Below, piece after piece: positions 33,303 to 45,884 of a stretch of DNA of 64,000 nt (within the stretch, counting starts at the first letter, position 1; the number at the start of each line of letters is the position of its first letter). This DNA is from Squalus acanthias (Eukaryota): the NCBI GenBank assembly GCA_030390025.1, contig CM059431.1:97342001-97406000 (forward strand). The letters run 5' to 3'. Both the position numbers and the translations under genes were made by a program. Below the pieces are notes generated by a model. That model saw only the letters and a program-made list of their open reading frames with translations. It made no database searches and was not told the origin of the DNA.

Positions 33303-36300
33303 ATATTTAAGGTGTTGTCTCTCTATATTTAAGGTTCTGTCTCTCTATATTTAAGTGGCTGTCTCTCTATATTTAAGGTGCTGTCTCTCTGTATTTAAGG
33401 TGCTGTCTCTCTATATTTAAGGTGCTGTCTCTCTATATTTAAGGTGCTGTCTCTCTATATTTAAGGTGCTGTCTCCCTATATTTAAGGTGTTGTCTCTCT
33501 ATATTTAAGGTTCTGCCTCTCTATATTTAAGTGGCTGTCTCTCTATATTTAAGTGGCTGTCTCTCTATATTTAAGGTGCTGTCATTCTATATTTAAGGTG
33601 CTGTCTCTCTATATTTAAGGTGCTGTCTCTCTATATTTAAGGTGCTGTCTCTCTATATTTAAGGTGCTGTCTCTCTACATTTAAGGTGTTGTCTCTTTAT
33701 TTTTAAGGTGCTGTCTCTATATTTAAGGGGCTGTCTCTCTATATTTAAGGTGCAGTCTCTCTATATTTAAGTGCTGTCTCTCTATATTTAAGTGCTGTCT
33801 CTCTGTATTTAAGGTGCTTTCTCTCTATATTTAAGTTGCTGTCTCTCTATATTTAAGGTATTGTCTCACTATATTTAAGGTTCTGTCTCCCTATGTTTAA
33901 GTTGTAGTCTCTATATTGATGTTGATGGCTCTCTATATTTAAGTTGTTGTCTCTATATTTAAGGTGCTGTCTCTCTATATTTAAGGTGCTGTCTCTCTAT
34001 ATTTAAGGTGCTGTCTCTCTATATTTAAGGTGCTGTCTCTCTATATTTAAGGTGCTGTCTCTCTATATTTAAGGTGCTGTGTCTCTATATTTAAGGTGCT
34101 GTCTCTCTATATTTAAGGTGCTCTCTCTCTATATTTAAGGTGTTGTCTCTGTATATTTAAGGTGCTGTCTCTCTATATTTAAGGTGCTGTCTCTCTATAT
34201 TTAAGGTGCTGTCTCCCTATATTTAAGGTGCTGTCTCTCTATATTTAAGGTGCTGTCTCCCGTAATTTAAGGTGTTGTCTCTGTATATTTAAGGTGTTGT
34301 CTCCCAATATTTAAGGTGCTGTCTCTCTTTATTTAAGGTGATTTCTCTCTATATTTATGGTGTTGTCTCCCTATATTTAATGTGCTGTCTCTCTATATTA
34401 AAGGTGATTTCACTCTATATTTAAGGTGTTGTCTCACTATATTTAAGGAGGTGTCTCTCTATATTTAAGGTTCAGTCTCTCTATATTTAAGCTGCTGTCT
34501 CTGTATATATAAGTTGCTGTCTCTTTATATTTAAGATGCTGTCTCTCTATATTTAAGTTGCTGTCTATTTATATTTAAGGTGCTGTCTCTCTATGTTTAA
34601 GAAGCTTTCTCTCTATATTTAAGGAGTTGTCTTTATATTTAAGGTGATTTCTCTCTATATTTAAGGTGCTGTCTCTCTATATTTAAGTTGCTGTCTCTCT
34701 ATATTTAAGGTGTTGTCTCACTATATTTAAGGAGCTGTCTCTCTATATTTAAGGTGCTGTCTCTCTATATTTACGGTGATTTCTCTCTATATTTAAGGTA
34801 CTGTCTCTCTATATTTAAGGTGCTGTCTCTCAATATTTAAGGTGTTGTCTCACTATATTTAAGGAGCTGTCTCTCTATATTTAAGGTGCTGTCTCTCTAT
34901 ATTTACGGTGATTTCTCTCTATATTTAAGGTGCTGTCTCTCTATATTTAAGTTGCTGTCTCTCTATATTTAAGGTGCTGTCTCTCTATATTTAAGGTGCA
35001 GTCTCTCTATATTTACGGTGATTTCTCACTATATTTAAGGTGCTGTCTCTCTATATTTAAGTTGCTGTCTCTCTATACTTAAGGTGCTGCCTCCCTATAT
35101 TTAAGTTGCTGTCTCTCTATATTTAAGGTGCTGTCTCCCTATATTTAAGGTGCTGTCTCTCTATATTTAAGGTGCTGTCTCTCTATATTTAAGGTGCTGT
35201 CTCTCTATATTTATGGAGCTGTCTCAATAATGAAGGTGCTGTCTTTATATTTATGGGGTTGTCTCTCTATATTTAAGGAGATTTCTCTCTATATTTAAGG
35301 TGCTGTCTCTTTATATTTAAGGTGCTGTCTCTCTATAATTAAGGTCTTGTTTCTATATATTTAAGGTGCTGTTTCTCTATATTTAAGGTGCTGTCTCTCT
35401 ACATTTAAGGTGTTGTCTCTATATTTAAGGTGTTGTCTCTCCATATTTAAGGTGCTGTCTCTCTATATTTAAGGTGATTTCTCTCTATGTTTAAGGTGCT
35501 ATCTCCCTATATTTAAGGTGTTGTCTCTATATTTATGTTGATTTCTATCTGTATTTAAGTTGTTGTCTCTCTATATTTAAGGTGCTGTCTCTCTATATTT
35601 AAGGTGCTGTCTCTCTATATTTAAGGTGCTGTCTCTCTATATTTAAGGTGCTGTCTCTCTATATTTAAGGTGCTGTGTCTCTATATTTAAGGTGCTGTCT
35701 CTCTATATTTAAGGTGCTCTCTCTCTATATTTAAGGTGTTGTCTCTCTATATTTAAGGTGCTGTCTCTCTATATTTAAGGTGCTGTCTCTCTATATTTAA
35801 GGTGCTGTCTCCCTATATTTAAGGTGCTGTCTCTCTATATTTAAGGTGCTGTCTCCCGTAATTTAAGGTGTTGTCTCTGTATATTTAAGGTGTTGTCTCC
35901 CAATATTTAAGGTGCTGTCTCTCTTTATTTAAGGTGATTTCTCTCTATATTTATGGTGTTGTCTCCCTATATTTAATGTGCTGTCTCTCTACATGAAAGG
36001 TGATTTCACTCTATTTTAAGGTGTTGTCTCGCTATATTTAAGGAGGTGTCTCTCTATATTTAAGGTTCAGTCTCTCTATATTTAAGCTGCTGTCTCTGTA
36101 TATTTAAGTTGCTGTCTATTTATATTTAAGGTGCTGTCTCTCTATGTTTAAGAAGCTTTCTCTCTATATTTAAGGTGTTGTCTTTATATTTAAGGTGCTG
36201 TCTCCCTATATTTACGGAGTTTTCTCTCTATATTTAAGGTGCTGTCTCTCTATATTTAAGTTGCTGTCTCTCTATATTTAAGGTGTTGTCTCACTATATT

Positions 36301-39300
36301 TAAGGAGCTGTCTCTCTATATTTAAGGTGCTGTCTCTCTATATTTACGGTGATTTCTCTCTATATTTAAGGTGCTGTCTCTCTATATTTAAGGTGCTGTC
36401 TCTCTATATTTAAGGTGTTGTCTCACTATATTTAAGGAGCTGTCTCTCTATATTTAAGGTGCTGTCTCTCTATATTTACGGTGATTTCTCTCTATATTTA
36501 AGGTGCTGTCTCTCTATATTTAAGTTGCTGTCTCTCTATATTTAAGGTGCTGTCTCTCTATATTTAAGGTGCAGTCTCTCTATATTTACGGTGATTTCTC
36601 TCTATATTTAAGGTGCTGTCTCTCTATATTTAAGATGCTGTCTCTCTATATTTAAGGTGTTGTCTCTCTATATTTAAGGTGCTGTCTCCCTATATTTAAA
36701 GTGCTGTCTCTTTATATTTAAGGTGCTGTCTCTCTATATTTAAGGTGTTGTCTCTCAATATTTAAGGTGTCTCTTTATATTTCAAGTGCTGTCTCTTTGT
36801 ATTTAAGGTGCTGTCACTCAATATTTAAGTGGCTGTCTCTTTATATTTAAGGTGCTTTCTCTCTATATTTAAGTTGCTGTTTCTTGATATTTAAGGTGCT
36901 GTCTCTCTATGTTTAAGTTGCTTTCTCTTTATATTTAAGTTGTTGTCTCTCTATATTTATGGAGCTGTCTCTATATTTAAGTAGCTGTCTCTATATTTAA
37001 GCTGCCGTCTCTCTATATTTAAGGTGCTGTCTCCCTATATTTAAGGTGTTGTCTCTCTATATTTAAGGTTCTGTCTCTCTATATTTAAGTTGCTGTCTCT
37101 CTATATTTAAGGTACTGTCTCTCTATATTTTAGGTGTTGTCTCTATATTTAAGGTGTTGTCTCTCCATATTTAAGGTGCTGTCTCTCTGTATTTAAGTTG
37201 CTGTCTCTCTATATTTAAGGTGATTTCTCTCTATGTTTAAGGTGCTATCTCCCTATATTTAAGGTGTTGTCTCTATATTTATGTTGATTTCTATCTGTAT
37301 TTAAGTTGTTGTCTCTCTATATTTAAGGTGCTGTCTCTCTATATTTAAGGTGCTGTCTCTCTATATTTAAGGTGCTGTCTCTCTATATTTAAGGTGCTGT
37401 CTCTCTATATTTAAGGTGCTGTGTCTCTATATTTAAGGTGCTGTCTCTCTATATTTAAGGTGCTCTCTCTCTATATTTAAGGTGTTGTCTCTCTATATTT
37501 AAGGTGCTGTCTCTCTATATTTAAGGTGCTGTCTCTCTATATTTAAGGTGCTGTCTCTCTATATTTAAGGTGCTGTCTCTCTATATTTAAGGTACTGTCT
37601 CCCGTAATTTAAGTTGTTGTCTCTGTATATTTAAGGTGTTGTCTCCCAATATTTAAGGTGCTGTCTCTCTTTATTTAAGGTGTTGTCTCTCTATATTTAA
37701 GGTGTTGTCTCCCTATATTTAATGTGCTGTCTCTCTATATTAAAGGTGATTTCACTCTATATTTAAGGTGTTGTCTCACTATATTTAAGGAGGTGTCTCT
37801 CTATATTTAAGGTTCAGTCTCTCTATATTTAAGCTGCTGTCTCTGTATATTTAAGTTGCTGTCTATTTATATTTAAGGTGCTGTCTCTCTATGTTTAAGA
37901 AGCTTTCTCTCTATATTTAAGGTGTTGTCTTTATATTTAAGGTGCTGTCTCCCTATATTTACGGAGTTTTCTCTCTATATTTAAGGTGCTGTCTCTCTAT
38001 ATTTAAGTTGCTGTCTCTCTATATTTAAGGTGTTGTCTCACTATATTTAAGGAGCTGTCTCTCTATATTTAAGGTGCTGTCTCTCTATATTTACGGTGAT
38101 TTCTCTCTATATTTAAGGTGCTGTCTCTCTATATTTAAGGTGCTGTCTCTCTATATTTAAGGTGTTGTCTCACTATATTTAAGGAGCTGTCTCTCTATAT
38201 TTAAGGTGCTGTCTCTCTATATTTACGGTGATTTCTCTCTATATTTAAGGTGCTGTCTCTCTATATTTAAGTTGCTGTCTCTCTATATTTAAGGTGCTGT
38301 CTCTCTATATTTAAGGTGCAGTCTCTCTATATTTACGGTGATTTCTCTCTATATTTAAGGTGCTGTCTCTCTATATTTAAGTTGCTGTCTCTCTATATTT
38401 AAGGTGTTGTCTCTCTATATTTAAGGTGCTGTCTCCCTATATTTAAAGTGCTGTCTCTTTATATTTAAGGTGCTGTCTCTCTATATTTAAGGTGTTGTCT
38501 CTCAATATTTAAGGTGTTGTCTCTTTATATTTCAAGTGCTGTCTCTTTGTATTTAAGGTGCTGTCACTCAATATTTAAGTGGCTGTCTCTTTATATTTAA
38601 GGTGCTTTCTCTCTATATTTAAGTTGCTGTTTCTTGATATTTAAGGTGCTGTCTCTCTATGTTTAAGTTGCTTTCTCTTTATATTTAAGTTGTTGTCTCT
38701 CTATATTTATGGAGCTGTCTCTATATTTAAGTAGCTGTCTCTATATTTAAGCTGCCGTCTCTCTATATTTAAGGTGCTGTCTCCCTATATTAAAAGGTGT
38801 TGTCTCTATATTTAAGGTGCTGTCTCCCTATATTTAAGGTGCTGTCTCTCTATATTTAAGGTGCTGTCTCTCTATATTTAAGGTGCTGTCTCTCTATATT
38901 TAAGGTGCTGTCTCTCGATATTTAAGGTGCTGTCATTCTATATTTAAGGTGCTGTCTCTCTGTATTTAAGGTGCTGTCTCTCTATATTTAAGGTGTTGTC
39001 TCTCTATATTTAAGGTGTTGTCTCTCTATATTTAAGGTGCTTTCTCTCTCTATTTAAGGTGCTGTCTCTCTATATTTAAGGTGCTGTCTATCTATAATTA
39101 AGGTGTTGTTTCTATATATTTAAGGTGTTGTCTCTCTATATTTAAGGTGTTGTCTCTCTATAATTAAGGTGCTTTCTCTATATATTTAAGTTGCTGTCTC
39201 TCTATATTTAAAGTGATTTCTCGCTGTATTTAAGGTGCTATCTCCCTATATTTAAGGTATTGTCTCTATATTTATGTTGATTTCTACCTGTATTTAAGTT

Positions 39301-40409
39301 GTTGTCTCGCTATATTTAAGGTGCTGTCTCTCTATATTTAAGGTGTTGTCTCTCTATATTTTCAAGTTGCTGTCTCTCTATATTTAAGTTGCTGTCTCTC
39401 TATATTTAACGTGATTTCTCGCTGTATTAAGGTGCTATCTCCCTATATTTAAGGTGTTGTCTCTATATTTATGTTGATTTCTACCTGTATTTAAGTTGTT
39501 GTCTCGCTATATTTAAGGTGCTGTCTCTCTATATTTATGGAGCAGTCTCTATATTTAAGGAGCTGTCTCTCTATATTTAAGGTGTTGTCTCTCTATATTT
39601 AAGTGGCTGTCTCCCTATATTTAAGGTGTTGTCTCTCTATATTTAAGTGGCTGTCTCTCTATATTTAATTTACTGTATCTCTATATTTAAGGTGCTGTCT
39701 CTCTATATTTAAGATATTGTCTCTCTATATTTAAGAAGCTTTCTCTCTATATTTAAGAATCTTTCTCCCTATATTTTAGCTGATTTCTCTCTATATTTAA
39801 GGTGCTGTCTCTCTATATTTAAAGTGCTGTCTTTATATTTAAGGTGCTGTCTCTCTATATTTAAGGAGCTGTCTCTCTATATTTAAGGTGTTGTCTCTCT
39901 ATATTTAAGGTGTTGTCTCTCTATATTTAAGGTGCTGTCTCTCTATACTTAAGGTGTTGTCTCTCTATATTTAAGGTGCTGTCTTTATATTTAAGGTGAT
40001 TTCTCTCTGTATTTAAGGAGCTGTCTCTCTATATTTAAGGTGCTGTCTCTCTATATTTAAGGTGCTGTCTCTCTATATTTAAGGTGCTGTCTCTCTATAT
40101 TTAAGGTGCTGTCTCTATATTTAAGGTGCTGTCTCTCTATATTTAAGGTGCTGTCTCTCTATATTTAAGGTGCTGTCTCTTTATATTTAAGGTGTTGTCT
40201 CTCTTTATTTAATTTGCTGTCTCTCTATATTTAAGGTGCTGTCTCTCTATATTTAAGGTGCTGTCATTCTATATTTAAGGTGCTGTCTCTCTATATTTAA
40301 GGTGCTGTCATTCTATATTTAAGGTGCTGTCTCTATATATAAGGTGTTGTCTCTCTTTATTTAATTTGCTGTCTCTCTTTATTTAATTTGCTGTCTCTCT
40401 ATATTTCAG

Positions 40410-40645
40410 GTGAGAAGTCGCACAACACCAGGTTATAGTCCAACAGATTTATTTAAAATTAAAAGTTTTCGGAGCTGTCGCCCCTTCGTCAGGTAAAGTT
40501 ACTGTGACAGTTACTTTACCTGACGAAGGGGCGACAGCTCCAAAAACTTGTAATTTTAAAAAAATCTGTTGGACTATAACCTGGTGTTGAGCGACTTCTC
40601 ATTTTTGTCCACCCCATTCCAACGCCGGCATCTCCGCATCATGAC
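40410..40645. mobile_element. Palindromic Penelope-like terminal-repeat remnant
   Basis: ~95-bp inverted arms (gagaagtcgcacaacaccaggttatagtccaac...) identical in type to the 3' ends of the Penelope-like elements at 43023 and 52127; degenerate hammerhead motif in each arm. Confidence 0.85.
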
Positions 40646-41810
40646 ATATATTTAAGGTGTTGTCTCTCTATATTTAAGGTGCTGTCTCTCTATATTTAAG
40701 GTGTATTCTCTCAATATTTAAGGTGCTGTATCTATATTTAAGATGTTGTCTCTCTATATTTAAGGTGTTGTCTCTCTATATTTAAGGTGCTTTCTCTCTA
40801 TATTTAAGGAGCTGTCTGTCTATTTTTAAGGTGTTGTCTCTCTATATTTAAGGTGCTTTCTCTCTATATTTAAGGAGCTGTCTGTCTATTTTTAAGGTGT
40901 TGTCTCTCAATATTTAAGGTACTGTCTCTCTATATTTAAGTAGCTGTATCTTTATATTTAAGGTGCTGTCTCTTTATATTTAAGGTGCTGTCTCTCTATA
41001 TTTAAGGTGCTGTCTCCCTATATTTAAGGTGTTGTCTCTCTATATTTAAGGTGCTGTCTCTATATTTAAGTGGCTGCCTCTCCATATTGAAGGAGCTGTC
41101 TCTCTATATTTAAGGTGTTGTCTCTATATTTATGTTGATTTCTCCCTATATTTAAGTTGTTGTCTCTCTATATTTAAGTTGCTGTCTCTATATTTAAGGT
41201 GCTGTCTCTCTATATTTAAGGAGCTGTCTCTCTATATTTAAGGTGCTGTCTCACTATATTTAAGGAGCTGTCTCTCTTTATTTAAGGAGCTGTCTCTCTA
41301 TATTTAAGGTGCTGTCTCACTATATTTAAGGTGCTGTCTCTCTGTATTTAAGGAGCTGTCTCTCTATATTTAAGTTGCTGTCTCTCTATATTTAAGGTGC
41401 TGTCTCTCTATATTTAAGGTGCTGTCTCTCTATATTTAAGGTGCTGTCTCTCTATATTTAAGGAGCTGTCTCTCTATATTTAAGTTGCTGTCTCTCTATA
41501 TTTAAGGTGTTGACTCACTATATTTAAGGTGTTGTCTCTCTATATTTAAGGTGCTGTCTCTCTATATTTAAGGTGCTGTCTCTCTATATTTAAGGTGTTG
41601 TCTCACTATATTTAAGGTGCTGTCTCTCTATATTTAAGGTGCTGTCTCCCTATATTTAAGGTGTTGTCTCTCTATATTTAAGGTCATTTCTCTCTATATT
41701 TAAGGTGCTGTCTCTCTATATTTAAGTTGCTGTCTCTATATTTAAGGTGCTGTCTATTTATATTTAAGGTGCTGTCTCTCTATATTTAAGAAGCTTTCTC
41801 TCTATATTTA

Positions 41811-42019
41811 ATGATGCGGAGATGCCGGTGTTGGACTGGGGTGGACAAAAATAAGAAGTCGCACAACACCAGGTTATAGTCCAACAGTTTTATTTGAAAT
41901 CACAAGCTTTCGGAGCTATCGATCGCCCCTTCCTCAGGAAGGCGCGATCGATGGCTCCGAAAGCTTGTGATTTCAAATAAAACTGTTGGACTATAACCTG
42001 GTGTTGTGCGACTTCTCAT
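41811..42019. mobile_element. Palindromic Penelope-like terminal-repeat remnant, opposite orientation to the one at 40410
   Basis: ~85-bp inverted arms meeting within the hammerhead core, plus the ~45-nt tail on the left side. Confidence 0.85.
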
Positions 42020-43056
42020 CTCTATATTTAAGGTGCTGTCTCTCTCTATATTTAAGGTGCTGTCTCTCTATATTTAAGGTGCTGTCTCTCTATATTTAAG
42101 GTTCTGTCTCCCTATATTTAAGGTGCTGTCTCCCTATATTTAAGGTGCTGTCTCCCTATATTTAAGGTGCTCTCACTCTATATTTAAGGTGCTCTCTCCC
42201 TATATTTAAGGTGCTGTCTCTCTATATTTAAGGTGTTGTTTCTCAATATTTAAGGTTCTGTCTCTATATTTAAGGTGTTGTCTCTCTATATTTAAGGTGC
42301 TGTATCTATATTTAAGGTGTTGTCTCTCTATATTTAAGGTGTTGTCTCTCTATATTTAAGGTGCTGTATCTATATTTAAGGTTCTGTCTCTATATTTAAG
42401 GTGTTGTCTCTCTATATTTAAGGTGCTGTATCTATATTTAAGGTGTTGTCTCTCTATATTTAAGGTGTTGTCTCTCTATATTTAAGGTGCTGTATCTATA
42501 TTTAAGGAGCTGTCTCTCTATATTTAAGGTGTTGTCTCTCTATATTTAAGGTGTTGTCTCTCTATATTTAAGGTGTTGTTTCTCAATATTTAAGGTTCTG
42601 TCTCTATATTTAAGGTGTTGTCTCCCAATATTTAAGGTGCCGTCTCCCTATATTTAAGGTGCTGTCACTCTATATTTAAGGTGTTGTTTCTCAATATTTA
42701 AGGTTCTGTCTCTATATTTAAGGTGTTGTCTCTCTGTATTTAAGGTGCTGTATCTATATTTAAGGTGTTGTCTCTCTATATTTAAGGTGTTGTCTCTCTA
42801 TATTTAAGGTGTTGTTTCTCAATATTTAAGGTTCTGTCTCTATATTTAAGGTGTTGTCTCTCTGTATTTAAGGTGCTGTATCTATATTTAAGGTGTTGTC
42901 TCTCTATATTTAAGGTGTTGTCTCTCTATATTTAACGTGCTGTATCAATATTTAAGGTGTTGTCTCTCAATATTTAAGGTGCTGTCTCTCCATATTTAAG
43001 GTGTTGTCTCTCTATATTTAAGGTGAGAAGTCGCACAACACCAGGTTATAGTCCAA

Positions 43057-43949
43057 GGGGGAGAAATTCAGTATCGCCCCATTTGGGGTGCAATCATCGG
43101 CCGGGCGGAAAGATTAGCGCCTGGCGCTAATTATCGCCACCGACTGCAAACTTGACTTTTATTTTCCCTGGAGGTGATTGGAGCGCTAAATCGAGCGCTT
43201 GACACCTGTCTTAAGGCACAAAGGCCGAGGAGCGAGGCGCTACCTCAGAGCGCTGGCGAAGCTCATGTGATGTCAGTCAGCAATGGAACACACACACAAT
43301 GGCACTGGCCAGTTCTTAAAGGGGATGGTTGATCTTGCTTTCCATCCACATCCTGCTCATTGCAGCCTTGAATCTCTGCCTGGAGAGACCTTCACATCAA
43401 ATCTGCTGGAAAGAACAATGGAGAGTACCAGGGAAAGAGCTTAGAGTGCAGCCCCCACTGTCTCTTCTAAATCGATACAAGGAATGGCAAATCAAAATGA
43501 ACCTGCAAAGTGCTGCTCAGTACCCAAAACTCCTTCACACAGCGTTGAAGCTCTCCAGAAGTCTCTCTCTCTCTCTCTCTGAATGCGTGGTTCAAAAATG
43601 GCACCAACAATGAAAGGCAGGAAGCGGTCGCCTTTAAATAGCGCTCCCCCAGTCCCTTCATGACTGCAATTCGCTCCCCTCAACCTGTCGTTGCTAGCGT
43701 CAGGCGGTAAGGCAGGGGGCGGCACTCAATATCTGCTCCGGGGCGATAGCGGGGCGTTGCGCACTCGACTGACGTCACGATCTGCCGGCGCAGGAGATCG
43801 TGGCGGTAGTGTTTAGTGCCGCCGCAAAATGTCTAGTTAATTTCGCGAGCGGCGCAAACATCGCTGCGCCTGGGCGCTAGATGCTTTGCGCCCCATTAGC
43901 GCCCTCTTAAGGCGCTAACGGGAGGTGCAACCAACTGAATTTTTCCCCC
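43057..43949 (-). mobile_element. Non-autonomous PIF/Harbinger derivative (893 bp)
   Basis: TIRs GGGGGAGAAATTC / GAATTTTTCCCCC, 3-bp TSD CAA; both ends homologous to the ends of 44071-50623 in inverted orientation. Confidence 0.9.
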
Positions 43950-43968
43950 CAACAGTGTTATTTAAAAT

Positions 43969-44004
43969 TACGAGCTTTCGGAGCTGCTGCCCCTTCGTCA
44001 GGTA
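43969..44004 (-). ncRNA. Minimal type I hammerhead ribozyme motif
   Basis: UAC-CUGACGA-A-GGGGC-AGCA-GCUCC-GAA-AGCU-C-GUA. Confidence 0.75.
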
Positions 44005-44497
44005 GAGGTACATTGAGGGAATCTATTACACAGTGTATATACACAGAAAGCATTTGTCTGCAGAGATACAGGGGGAAAAATTCAGTTGGTTGCGCCTCCC
44101 GTTAGTGCCTTAAGAGGGCGCTAATGGGGCGCAAAGCAACTAGCGCCTGGGCGCAGCGATGTTTGCGCCGCTCGCGAAATTAACTAGACATTTTGCGGCG
44201 GCGCTAAATTTTACCGCCGCGATCTCCTGCGCATGCAGATCTTGACATCATACGAGGGTGCAACGCCCTTGTGGCGCCCCGGAGTGGAAATTGAGTGGCG
44301 CCCCCATCCTTTCCGCCTGGCACAACCAACGACTGGAAGACTGGAACATTCCCAGTCGCTGTGGGGCTGTGGGGCTGGTGGGGCGCTATTTAAAGGGGGC
44401 CTCTTCCTGTCTTTCTCTGTGGTTGACATTTTTGCACCACTCGTTCTGAGAGAGAGAGAGAGAGAGATTCGGAGAGAGAGAAAGAGAGACTTCTGCA

Positions 44498-45729
44498 TTG
44501 AGTCAATGCTGTGTGAGGTATTTTTGGCTACTGATCATAACTTTGCAGGTACTTTGGTTTTTTGACCTTCATAACTTTGATTGCCAAGAGACTTTGGGGG
44601 CTGCACTGATTGGGGGCGTCGTCCTGCGCCAACAGAATCAGAGGACACAGAGACGCAGAGAGAGAGTGGCAATCATGGCTAGACGGAGGAGGGCCAACAG
44701 GCCTCTGTACAGGAGACCTTACCCTCCCAGGGTATATCGCCAACAATTCACATATATTAATATGTCTGAGGAGCAGTGTTTGCGAAGGCTGCGCTTCAGC
44801 AAGGAGGTGGTCACTGAGCTCTGCCACCTGCTGCAGCCAGATCTGCAGCCTCAACTGAGGTCCAGGACGTCTCTGTCGGTGGCAGTGAAGATCACAGTGG
44901 CTCTGAACTTTTATGCCACTGGCTCATTTCAATCTGCTACTGGGGACATCGCCAATATCTCCCAGTTCGCGGTGCATTGCTGCATCCGTCAGGTCACATA
45001 TGCCCTCTTTAAAAGGAGATGAGAGTACATCTCTTTCCCCATGACCCCAGACAAGCAGCAAGAACGCGCAATGGGCTTTGCTAGGATAGCGGGCTTCCCC
45101 ATGCCATTGACTGCACGCATGTGGCTTTGCGTGCTCCGCATGAGAATCCCGAGGATTTCCGGAACAGAAAGGGGTTCCATTCCTTGAACGTTCAGTTGGT
45201 CTGTGACCACAGACAGCTGATACTCGCTGTCAATGCCCACTATCCTGGCAGCTGCCACGATGCATTCATCCTGCGCCAGACTACTGTGGCAGAACTTTTC
45301 CAGGCACCACATCAGCCAGTTGGTTGGCTTCTCGGGGACAAGGGATATCCACTGAGCACCTGGCTGATGACACCGCTCCGTACGCCCAACACCCCTGCTG
45401 AGCTGCGGTACAATGAGAGCCAACAAGCTACCAGGAACATCGTTGAGCACACAATCGGTGTGCTGAAGCAACGGTTCCGCTGTCTGGACCATTCTGGAGG
45501 AGCCCTGCAGTACTCGCCTGAGCGAGTTTCCCACTTCGTAGTTGTGTGCTGCATGCTGCATAACATAGCAATCCTCAGGACCCAGCCAATGCCACCAGGC
45601 CTTGGAGCACCACCAGAGGAGGAGGAAGAGGAGGAGGATGATCATCAGCAGCACCAAGGCGGGAGGGAGGCCGACAATGTAGAAACTGGAAGGGCCGTCC
45701 GTCAACGGCCGATAGCAAGCCGCTTCTAG
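44498..45729 (+). pseudogene. Harbinger DDE transposase (HARBI1-like), disabled
   Basis: [82 protein letters not shown]; stop at 45020-45022 and a frameshifting deletion near 45100; start uncertain. Confidence 0.92.
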
Positions 45730-45884
45730 GCCCCTGCTGAGGAAATGGCTTCTGCCATTGAGAACAACATGAATGAAACCAACCCACAACCCCTGAGCCG
45801 GCCAAGGCACCAATGATTCCAAAGACCAAACATGTATATTTTGAATACAAAAACTTATTTATTTCACAAACTCTGTGTGTGTCA

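Larger units (their letters stand above)
33303..43022. repeat. Satellite, 22-bp unit (atatttaaggtgctgtctctct) with ~1.6-1.75 kb higher-order duplications
   Basis: About 9.7 kb tandem array; marker variants recur at ~34258, ~35855, ~37600. Confidence 0.98.

Noticed and set aside
44498..45729. Host HARBI1 gene
   Set aside because: Lies between TIRs with a TSD and is disabled; it is a transposon copy
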